Source: Folioceros fuciformis
Taxonomy: Eukaryota
Assembly (NCBI GenBank): GCA_049999805.1
Contig: JBNGIO010006178.1
Span: forward strand, 274,131 to 331,115
Direction of reading: 5' to 3'
Length of the DNA stretch: 56,985 nt
A program made the position numbers and the translations under genes. The number at the start of each line of letters is the position of its first letter. Position 1 is the stretch's first letter. Below the pieces are notes generated by a model. It saw only the letters and a list, made by a program, of their open reading frames with translations. It was not told the origin of the DNA and made no database searches. This document shows, in pieces, positions 47,164 through 56,985 of this stretch.

Positions 47164-49687
47164 ACCCGCTAGACGAGCGGTCCGGGAGCGTGCAGCCTAG
47201 GCGCCTCCCGGGCCCTCCCTCCTTCCTGGCGATTCCTGGCACCCTGTCTCTACCTACAGGCTATCTCTACTGTAGGCTCTCCACGCGCAAGAGCCGGTGT
47301 GCATCTAAGCTGTCAGCTTGTGAAGGTCGCCTGCATGCCTCCAATTTGTAGGATGCTGCGTTCGTCCAATCGTCCATGTATGACCGGTATGCTGTCCCAA
47401 GTTTTACACTGTTTTTGGCGCCTTGTCCTTGTACTGGGGGTAAGGATTCCGCTGGCTATATCGTCCACCACTTTCTCTCCTCCCGCAGGCATGTTTGCTA
47501 TTCCAGCAATGCCATTAGCATCGTCCACATCGACAGACAGTCGGGCCGCAGCTCATCCACTAACGCAACTCCCATTTACTGTAGCCCAAATCTAGTGTTT
47601 GCAAACCAGCTTCCGCTGGTGTTGAAACGGCATCTCCGTCGCCCACATTCGTGTCTCCCAATTTTGTCACATTCCCGGTCGAAATCTTTTGTGACGTGTG
47701 TACACACAAGGCGTAAGAATGCAACTTGGCTCAGTTTCCCTAGTCTCCTGCAGCATGTTCTCACATTGTGATTTGCTCACGCTGAGTGGGAGGAGAGAAC
47801 TTTGAGCCCAGCCCGTTGGTGCACCTCCCGGGGAATCCGCACGACTCTTCTCCACCCACGGCATACGCAACGGGACAATGGGAAGTAGGAACCCAACAAT
47901 GAGTAAAAATAGAAAGAGCGCTGAGGAGCCTCTTGGAACACAGATTTCTTGTCACCGGATGTGATCGATAGCCGGCGATTCTTGGGTTACCCGTTCCCGA
48001 TTGGATCTCACTACGTCACTGAGCATTGAGTGAGCATGGTGGTTAGCTTAGCGGCGTGTGATAGGGAATTTCAGTGGCCACAGGAAAGGGCAGTGGAAGC
48101 CACTCTTCAAAGAAAGACCAGCCTCATCTTCATCTGAGATTCCATGCGAGCTTACCAGCTACCGGCAGTACAGTGCAGGTGAGATTCGATGTGTTTTGAA
48201 TTGTCTGCCCTCATTGCTCAGCCTCACAGTCATGTGTAAAATAGCAAGGAATGTTCGAGTTCTCAGAACATTCCTGAGTTGCTGTTTGCATCAACTATCA
48301 ATGACTGCGCGCAACTTGGAGACATTCCTTCTAGCTCACTGTTACTATAACTGAGGAAGAAGGCCATCCCGCATGACTTGACGCCTTTGCTTGACAAACT
48401 CTTTTGGGAACGCTTCAAACGTGTTGTCGGACTAGTCTCTTTCTCCTGTGCTGAACAGAAGAGGCTATGTCTTATGATTATGTTTATGCACATCGCGAAA
48501 GTTTAACAATCATTCTCCGAGAACACCCTCAGGGTCTCTCTGCGGGACGGCGGAGACTGTGCTCCATCGACACTGCACCAAAAACCTCCTACTCTCCCAT
48601 GTGTAAACTGCGGATTGTAGGACCTAAAACTACCTACCATGCTGGCAATGTGAAGTTGCACAATGGTCGCTCAACATGACGGTGTGATATGCGATGACAT
48701 TACAGTTTTAAAATCCCACAAAGGCGTCTATGTCATTGGGAACTGCTCCTCGACGTTTGTCCGAGCCCTTTTATGGCAAAGAGTCTCTGAATGCTTAGGA
48801 TGGCTGACAGAGATCATCTGTACATACATACATATCTTATTTGTCTCCTTGCCAAAGCATGCTGGCAACAAGGGCGACAATTTTGTTGTGCATCGGAACA
48901 TGAGTCCGCGACCCAGTGAATAAAGAAGAGCTTACTAAGCTTCCCCACATCGGAAGTGTCAATTTCTAGCTGGGCAACGAGGACACGTTGGATTGCGTGA
49001 AACTAGAGGAACATACAATACAGTTGAAGTGGTCATGGAGAGACCCTTTCCTTGCAAGCTTTCTCACCTTTCCGGTAAGCCGATTTTACACCAGCAGCTA
49101 GAGAGATGAAGCTCGGGCTGACTTCCCGATGCAAAATTGACATGCAAGGAGCATGCTTCCCCCCATCTGTCCAACGCAAGGTAGTGAAAATTCGCTTCAT
49201 TTGTGGCTTGGAGGCGACCATCCGGGCTGACCCGGGTTGGGGAATCGTACTCGCTCAGCTTGACATGGGCTGCTCAGTTTAGTCTTCCTTACAAGCACAT
49301 ATTTCCTCCCAGGGCCCATGCTGCCCGCTCTGTTATACGGCTCATCGTGACCTGCCCGTCTCTGCTCATCGTGGGAGGACTGGGTGAGGATCAGAACCTC
49401 TTCAGGCCGCATAATGAAGCAAAAACACCAAGGTTGCAAAGTCGGGCTATAAGAGGATCGGGTCATGAGACGCAGGAACTGTACAGTTTACTTTGGTGGC
49501 GTGCCTCGCTTCCAGGGCAGATGAGAACTTGCTGGGCAGTTCTGAAAACAAGTTGTCGTCATGATAAACACCGATGGACACTCGCAGTAGACGGGCCCCA
49601 TGCGTTCCTAGTACATCGGAAATGGGGAGGTTGGACTCCACAATTGGCCGATACTTGAGGCTGAGCGTCATCTTCACATAACTTTCC

Positions 49688-52322
49688 TCACAACATTCTC
49701 AGCTTCTCGGAGAGAACATTCAGCTCCTGCGACGTGTAAGGTTGAGTATGCAAGGAACCCTGCTCTGGACCTCCTGCAGGGTCGTAGGGCATACTACCAG
49801 CTGGTGGGGAATGATGCTGCTGGACGCTGTCGCTTTGTCTACTATTTTCGAGGAATAGCTTGCACCATTTCTGCGTCTTCCGAAGAAGAGCAACATCTTT
49901 CACTTTTGAGCGCATAGATCCATAGAAGGCCTCCAGCTGGGCAAGCTCTTGATCACTTAACGTCTCAATCGTCTGCTCCCACTCCCTCAATAGCCTCTGC
50001 GCAGATGGCTCTGCGAAAGAGGCGTCAACCAGAGACAGTTCAGGGCTACAACGGGTGTTAAGGGTCCGTTGGCTAGGAGGAATTCCACGACCAAATATCG
50101 CTTGCTCCAGCATTTTGGTATATGATCTGAGTGCCTGGGTCTCCCGCAAAGCCTCAGCATACCGAGAATCGGTAACCTGTGCTGCGCTTGTGACTTGCAT
50201 ATCGTCACTGTCTGGCGAGGGCTCAACGAGTGCAGGCTTGGTATGTAGCGCATCAGCCTCATCTGGTGCATAGAGCGGCCAAATTACCTGACAAGGAACC
50301 CAGCTATCCGCAAACAGCCCACTTCCCAGAGCTCCATGCTGGCCTCGACCCCAAGCCCACATCACCAGCCCCTTGCAGTCCAAGCACACGGTGTGGGCTG
50401 CACCACAAACAAGTTGCCTGCTCCCTCTGCTTCTGCTATGTAAATCGCTTCTGCCATTTTCAACATCAAAGGAGGGGGTCCTCTTGCGGAAAACCTGAAC
50501 AGGAGCAAGTGCATCACCTCCGCTGATGCCCATCCCAGGACACAGACCCAATCCACCCTCCATGCCCCAAGCCCAGATATCACCATCCTGAAGCTCGACG
50601 CTGGTGTGGAAGAGCCCGCAAGAGACGGCGACTACAAACTCATCTTTTGGAAGACCTCGAACAGGCTGAGGAAGCCACGAGCTCACTGACACTCCATGAC
50701 CAAGCTGACCATTCTCCCCAAGCCCGAATGTATAGCAAAGGGAAACACCAGCAATCTCATCCTCATCACGAGAAACAGCTGATGGTACAACAATCACACT
50801 GTGAAAAGCACCGCATGCAATAAGAGCAAACCCAGCTTGAACAGTTCCCAGACCTGCCACAACCTGCGGGCGGGACGTGCTAACTTGATGTCCCTGCCCA
50901 AGCTGACCGTGCTTGTTACTTCCCCATGCATAGCATGCATCGCTTGCACCTGCCGTTGGCCGTACCAGAGCCAGTATGTGCTCGTTGCCACAAGCGACCT
51001 TGGAAACCTGTGCGCCATATCCCAGCCCTCGCACCAGTTCAGGGTGCTCGAAGACTGAGCAAGACAACTGTCCTTGAGTATCTGGATCCGGCGACAGGGG
51101 ACATGAACCCCACAGCCACAGGCAACCATTCGCGTCAATAGCACATGACATCATGCCACCAGCTTCAATTGCCACGGCCTGTGTGATTACAGGCTACCTG
51201 TCAGAACCGTCACGCATACACAGACACGGAGCACGGGAGAAGGGCTTGCAAGGGCCACAGCACCTTCACAGCTCTGGTGTCACATTTTTTCTCATCAGAG
51301 GCGTGATTTTGCTCTGGATTGTCACTTGTGCTGGCCATGCCCCCTCTCCACTCCTCTACGCAGCATGGCTTTGAGGTTGGTCCCTCCCGCCCCAGCTGAC
51401 CATCTGTGCACCTGTCAAGGAAGTTGAGAATTCCCTCAAGCCAAAATGTCAGTACATCTAAGTTGCAAATGGCAGGTCTCCGGCAGAAACAACCAAGCAT
51501 GTAGCACGGAAGCCAAAAATGTCAACAGCCACTGGATACAAGCATTGTAGCCCCAAGACCAGATCGTCCCATCGTCTGCTATCAAACAGCAGCGTCATGA
51601 GCTTCAAGAAGCAACTCATGAACCCAAGTTCCATTGCTAAACAAAAACAGGGCCCCAGGCCACCTTACCAGCCAAACATAGGCTGTGGTATGCCCCGGCT
51701 GCAACTGTAACCATGCGTCCCCTGCCACCGTTTCGCTGTAGTGCGGCATGCTCATGCAGTTCACTTCCATCCCGTGCACCTCTCCCTTCAAGTATCGACT
51801 CAGGCAAGGGGAGAATGTGGACAGGCGTACACTCGTCCGTTTCATTCCCGGTGCCTACCGAACATTCCTCGACCCCAAGCATATACAGAGCCTGCAGCTG
51901 AAATCACTGTCAAGAAATATTAGATATGGCCACGACTGCAATAGAACTAACTTGAAAACCAACCCCACAATGACTGCATAATCAGGAAACAAGAAGAGCT
52001 CCCAGGAACACGTAGAAACACATCAGCTGTCATTCTTCAACAGCTGCCCAAAGCCACTGAAAAGCCTCCTAGCACTGGGGAATAGACCTCCTGCATTTCC
52101 AGCAACCGCACGTCGGATGCGGAACCCACCCAAACCCCTCTTTGAACTAGTGCACGGCAGAGACTCAGCAAACACACATCCCATCCACTTTCCAGTGGAT
52201 GCTTGAACAAGCAACCCTACTGCCAGCCGCACATACTCAAGTCTACTGTACCACGTGCCTGTGAGAGCAAGCGTATGAGCCTCTCCAGCCGCAAGCTGAA
52301 CGACGGTATTGGAGTCTGCCAT
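49688..52322 (-). CDS. RCC1-repeat protein with C-terminal helical tail; apparent frameshift in exon 2 (possible pseudogene or assembly error)
   Basis: MADSNTVVQLAAGEAHTLALT|..VYAWGRGMFG//GTGNE..., VAAGAYHSLCL, WSWGYNA|YGQLG, then a long last exon with RCC1 repeats (VACGNEH, AWGSNKHGQLG, FGLGENGQLG, WAWGRGQHGALG). Frame breaks at ~51853-51857. Confidence 0.82.
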
Positions 52323-52739
52323 GTTCGTCGATCTTGACGTAATCCCCGCCCGCCTGAGGACTTCCGCTACCCGTCTAAGTTGCCATTTCGTCAAAGTTGA
52401 CTCTGACTGTTTCCAAGATCTCGCCGTGCTTTGCACCTATCCTAGGTGGATTCCGAAAATGAGTTTGCCCTGTCTTCTCCATCTGACGAACATTTGGGTG
52501 TCTGTAAGCTCGTTTAATATGTTAAGAAAGGCACCGGGGACCAACTTAGTCAATGTACATGGAGATCGCACGTGGCTTGAGACATCCGTCGAGGTGGATT
52601 GCACCCACGGCGGAATTGAACAAGACAAGTTGGACGCAATTCGGGACGCGGGTTCTCAAGGCAACCAGCCTCAGTGTAGGCTCTTTAAGCCAGGCGTCAG
52701 TGGATCAAACGACTTGTGGGCTGAGAAGTAAGACTGTCC

Positions 52740-53754
52740 ATGGCCAGGGAGGAGGAGTTGTGCTTGAAGATCGCAGATCCCCAGGACTCGCACTCTGCAC
52801 GGGAAGTAGGGGGCTCACATTCCAGCCGCTACACAGGTCAGATTTCGTCACGCCCACCGAGTACCCCTCCAAAGTTCCATTGCATTGCTGACAGCAATTC
52901 CCGAGCCTGCAGATACGAACGGCAAGGAAGACTATGCCCTGATAGCGGAGCTCCTGAAAACCCCAGCAGTAAGGAAGCTGCTGAGGCAGCTGCGGTTGCA
53001 GTTGAGGCACAGGGAAGCAGAAGAATCTGCTTCAGCTCCCACCAGCCACAACGAGGTGGAGCTGGACCCCGAGGCCGGGCAGCCGGCACGGAGCAGCGAA
53101 GACTCCCGGACCGTTGGGTCTCATGGCAGCAGCGTCCGGTCGTGGGTGAAGACGAGGATCCTGTCCTGGCGTGAGAGCATCCAGAAGCGCTTGCGGGAGA
53201 GCAGCCTCTACAAGAGCAGCGAGTACGACGCAGAGTTCCACATGAATGGGTACTCCAGCGCCACCAACACGACGGTAGTGGTGGCCGCCCTCATCGCCAC
53301 CCTATCCTTCGCCGCCCTGCTGCAGCCTCCCGGAGGCATCCAGCAGGACGGCATCGTCGGGAAGGCCAACCTGGCGGGAAAGACGGCCTTCAAGGTCTTC
53401 TTCATCGCCAACGGGATGGCGTTGTTCGTGGCCCTCCTGTCCATACTCATCCTTACATCCGTGGTGCCGCGCTCTCATCGCGGCGCCTTCTTGCTGTACC
53501 AGCAGGGGAAAATCTTGGTGTGGGTGGCCACCATATTCACCATCATATCTTTCAACTCGGCTGCGTACATCGTGGCAGGCCCCGGGCACCGCATGCTGGC
53601 TTGGCTCCTGCTCGGGGGAGGCGTGTTGCTCGTCGTTGCGCTCTTCGTCATCGTGTGCGCTGTGCAGATGGAAAGAAAAGTACTCCGGCCGATGCGTGAG
53701 GACAGAAAACGGGATTTGCGGAGACTCAAGGCTACAAGAATCCCGCAGAATTAG
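52740..53754 (+). CDS. Stand-alone PGG-domain membrane protein (TM module of ACD6/ITN1-type ankyrin-TM proteins, no ankyrin repeats seen)
   Basis: VVVAALIATLSFAALLQPPGG...AFKVFFIANGMALFVAL plus further TM helices. Proposed exon 1 52740-52836 joins in phase to exon 2 52895-53754. Confidence 0.8.
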
Positions 53755-56572
53755 GTCCTTATTCAGAGCCCACAATGGGGTAACTTATGGATACGGTCAC
53801 GCAAAGAATAGGTGACCCTATATTTATATTTGTTAGTTATATCACGAAGAAAGCCGGACATAGTGGCCTTTTTGCTTGTCCATGGCAAAGACGGTCAAAG
53901 CTTTATGCAACTTCTAGCCTATCTAGATTCTTCACTGTAAAGCTATGAAAACCCCTCTCCTTCATTTAAGGTCAATCATGTGCTTCATATTAAATGTGCA
54001 CATGGAAAAAAACAATCTGTCAATGGCCTACAATGGTATGCTGTTTAGTAATACCATTTGCGATCAGTCCACACTACTTCACACGACTTTCTAAAAATTG
54101 GCACAAACTAGTTCAACAAAGGCACAGTTGATGCACATCCGTTTGTGCCTTTGATGTCTTTGTGTCTTCAACGTGCCTGCTGTAGGGCCTTTCACAACAG
54201 CTGACAACCTGGTTTGCGAACCTCTCGTGGAGCTCCTTGGCTAAGCTCGAAAAGACTGCTGCTTCTACTTTGTACGCACTCACGCTTGCTTCAATTTCCA
54301 ACCACAATTTTTCGTGTTTGAGGTCCTAATGCTCCTGTTATGGACGCTCCCTCCCCTTCTCCTTAGCGTTCAAGCGGGTGTTTTAGCGAAGAAGAATCCA
54401 GCGGCATAGTGTTGTGCACCCTCCGTTTAATGCAGATAACTTTGAGCACCCAGACAAACAGGTAAGTTCACTGAAGGTCTGGAAGATAGCTGAGGACCTT
54501 GGATTCTACTCACCTCTGTCAACTAGCTTAGCAACTCGGGACATAATCGCTTCATTCAACTCAAGATACTGCAAATGTTGTGTCGGAATCCGTCTTCTCA
54601 ATTTTGTCCTCTCACAGGTCTTCCACAACCTGGTGAAATGGCACGTCAACCGGATTGCCGATGCCGGTTATGCGTTTGTCTAGAATTCCTTGGAGACACC
54701 GGGGTAGTCAGCTCACGTGCCATTGTAGGCAAGCTGTATTCCGTAGACCATAGTCCGAGACTGTGACTGTGCTGGCCCGTTGTGAAGACGGGGGCAATCG
54801 CGCAGTAGACTTTCTTCTGCGGCTGTTGCGGCTTGATCACCATGGAAACCATAGCAGCGCCGCTCAAGCTTGTATTGCCTTCCAAAACGGCAATATGTAC
54901 GCCTCTCAAGTGGCGGTCGTTTACGGGCCTTCGCAGAGATGGGTCGTCGCAGATGTGCGTGTGGATGGGGATGTGGCCGCTGGAAGCTTGATCTGGTGGT
55001 GGAATGAGATTATGGATGTTCTCATGGCTGGACTTGTGAGGATGGAAGTGCTGTAGCTGTTTTTGCGCTGAGAGATCCTCAAGTCAGTACGTTGGAGGTG
55101 CTACACCTGAAATGCAGCTTGCATCGTTTGGTGGGAGCGAGTAAAGCAAAACCACGAAGGCTGCCAATTTGGGCTGTAAGGGGATCGGGTGATGAGACGC
55201 AGCAACGTTGTACAGCCTACCTTGGGGGCGTTCCTCTCTTCTAGGGCAGATGAGAAGTTGCTGGGCAGCTCTGAAAACGAGTTGTCGCCGGGATAAACAT
55301 CGATGGACACTCGCAGTAGACGGGGGCCCCATGCGTTCCTAGTACATCGGAAATGGGGAGGTTGGACTCCACATTCAGCCGATACTTGACGCTGAGCGTC
55401 ATCTTCACATAACCTTCCTCACACCATTTTCAGCTTCTCGGAGACAACATTCAGCTACTGCGACGTGTAAGGTGAAGTATGCAAGGAACCCTGCTCTGGA
55501 CCTCCTGCAGGGTCGTAAGGCATACTACCCGCTTGTGGGGCGTGATGCTGCTGGACGCTGTCGATTTGTCTACTATTTTTGAGAAATGGCGTGCACCATG
55601 TCTGCGTCTTAAGAAGAAGAGCAACATCTTTCACATTAGAGCGCATAGATCGATAGAAGGCCCCACATGTGCAAGCTCTTGATCGCTTCACGTCTCAATC
55701 GTCTGCTCCCCATCCCTCAGTAGCCGCCGCGCAGACGGCTCTGCGGAAGAGGCGCCAACCAGGGACCCAATCCACCCTCCATTCCCCAAGCCCAGATATC
55801 ACCATCCTGAAGCTCGACACTGGTGTGGAAGAGCCCGCAAGAGACGGCGACTACAAGCTCATCTTTTGGAAGACCTCGAACAGGCTGCGGCAGCCACGAG
55901 CTCACTGCCACTCCATGACCAAGCTGACCATTCTCCCCAATTCGGAATGTATAGCAAAAGGGAAACACCAGCAATGTCATCCTCATTACGAGAAACAGCT
56001 GATGGTACAACAATCACACAGTGGAAAGCACCGCATGCAATAAGAGCAAACCCAGCTTGAAGAGTTCCCAGACCTGCCACAACCTGCGGGCGGGACGTGC
56101 TAATTCGACGTCCCTGCCCTACCTGACCGTGCTTGTTACTTCCCCATGCATACCATGCATCGCTTGCCCCTGCCGTTGGCCGTACCAAAGCCAAGTATGT
56201 GCTCGTTGCCACAAGCGACCTTGGAAACCTATGTGTTATATCCCGGCCCTCGTACCAGTGTCAGCGTGCTCAAAGACTGAGCAACACAGCTGTCCTTGAG
56301 CATCCAGATCCGGTGATAGGGGACCACTCGCGTCCCTAGCACATGACATCATGCCACCAGCTTCAATGGCCACGGCCTGCCTGATTACAGGCTACCTGTC
56401 AGAACTGTCACGCATACAAATGCTCGGAGCGTGGGAGAAGGGCTCGCAAGGGCCGGCGCACCTTCACAGCACTCGTGTCACATTTCCTCTCATCAGAGGC
56501 CTGATTCTCCTCTGGATCATCACTTGTGCCGACCATGCCCCTGCTCAAAAACCTCTGCGTGGTATGGGTTTG

Positions 56573-56760
56573 TGTTAGAAGCCTGTAGGGTTCGAGCAAC
56601 ACATCTAGTTTGTATTAGAGGTATATTATAGGTTGCCTCGAGATGAATTATCTTTCCAGGGAGACAGCGAATAGGTCTAAGTCTACATAAGTGTGTAAGG
56701 ACTACCTGCTCTGAATGAACTTGTCCAAGGACTGAGCTTGGGATTTCCTGTTTTCTAACA
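56573..56760. mobile_element. Solo LTR (188 bp) with 5-bp target-site duplication
   Basis: Begins TGTTAGAA and ends TTCTAACA (perfect 8-bp inverted termini), flanked by GTTTG (56568-56572) and GTTTC (56761-56765); absent from the paralogous site at ~51368. Confidence 0.85.
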
Positions 56761-56816
56761 GTTTCGAGGTTTGTCCGTCCCGACCCAGCTGACCATGTGT
56801 GCACCTGTCAAGGAAC

Positions 56817-56910
56817 TTGACAAGTAACTCGCGCCAAAATTGTCACAGTTGACAAGTACCTCAGGCCAAAATTGTCACAGTTGACAAGTACCTCAGGCCA
56901 AAATTGTCAG
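56817..56910. repeat. 32-bp tandem repeat x3 in an intron of the RCC1 duplicate
   Basis: ttgacaagtacctcaggccaaaattgtcacag three times; the paralogous intron (~51424-51452) has one diverged copy. Confidence 0.88.
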
Positions 56911-56985
56911 TGCATGACCTCAGTTGCAAATAACAGATCTCCGGCAGAAGCAACCAAGCATGTACATAGCACGGAAGCCAAAAAA

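Larger units (their letters stand above)
55143..56985 (-). pseudogene. Decayed tandem duplicate of the RCC1-repeat gene including its 3' flank; runs off the window end
   Basis: Colinear similarity to ~49415-51518. Carries a ~510-bp internal deletion at ~55765, a ~24-nt deletion at ~56325, frameshifts and stops, and an LTR insertion. Confidence 0.9.

Noticed and set aside
47300-49400. Many short ORFs between the thioesterase and RCC1 genes
   Set aside because: No recognisable protein, tRNA, snRNA or snoRNA signature found by eye.
51532-51540. GTATCC donor in the RCC1 gene as a U12-type intron
   Set aside because: It reads GTATCCAG rather than the U12 consensus GTATCCTT, and no clear TCCTTAAC branch site was seen.
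54113-55056. Short ORFs and exon-like segments between the PGG gene and the RCC1 duplicate
   Set aside because: Could be a decayed gene, but no recognisable family motif or consistent spliced frame could be built.

Overview
Eukaryotic nuclear DNA from a land plant. The compact genes, short GT-AG introns, several intronless housekeeping genes, and GC-rich genes alternating with AT-rich TE-like islands suggest a seed-free plant, possibly a hornwort (inference). Genes in order: MRS2/MGT Mg2+ channel with a very large acidic insert (-); intronless MTR4 helicase (-); intronless insulin-degrading enzyme/M16A peptidase (+); VPS23/ELC (-, spans a 100-N gap); repeat-containing BURP-domain protein (+); RMA-type RING E3 (+); alpha-1,4-fucosyltransferase (FUT13-like) pseudogene (-); ZDP DNA 3'-phosphatase (+); small RING-H2 (+); TMEM144-like transporter (-); GSH1 (-); CAAX/CPBP protease (-); L-aspartate oxidase (+); peroxisomal hotdog thioesterase (-); RCC1-repeat gene with a frameshift (-); stand-alone PGG-domain gene (+); and a decayed duplicate of the RCC1 gene containing a solo LTR. 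The AT-rich intervals hold retroelement relics and several minisatellites. The two strongest leads are (1) a secreted BURP protein with tandem Tyr-containing repeats, the architecture of a fused burpitide (cyclic RiPP) precursor/cyclase, and (2) a decayed ORF with a prokaryote-like N4C/N6A DNA-methyltransferase SAM-binding motif inside a TE-like island. All calls come from reading the sequence; no database searches were run.
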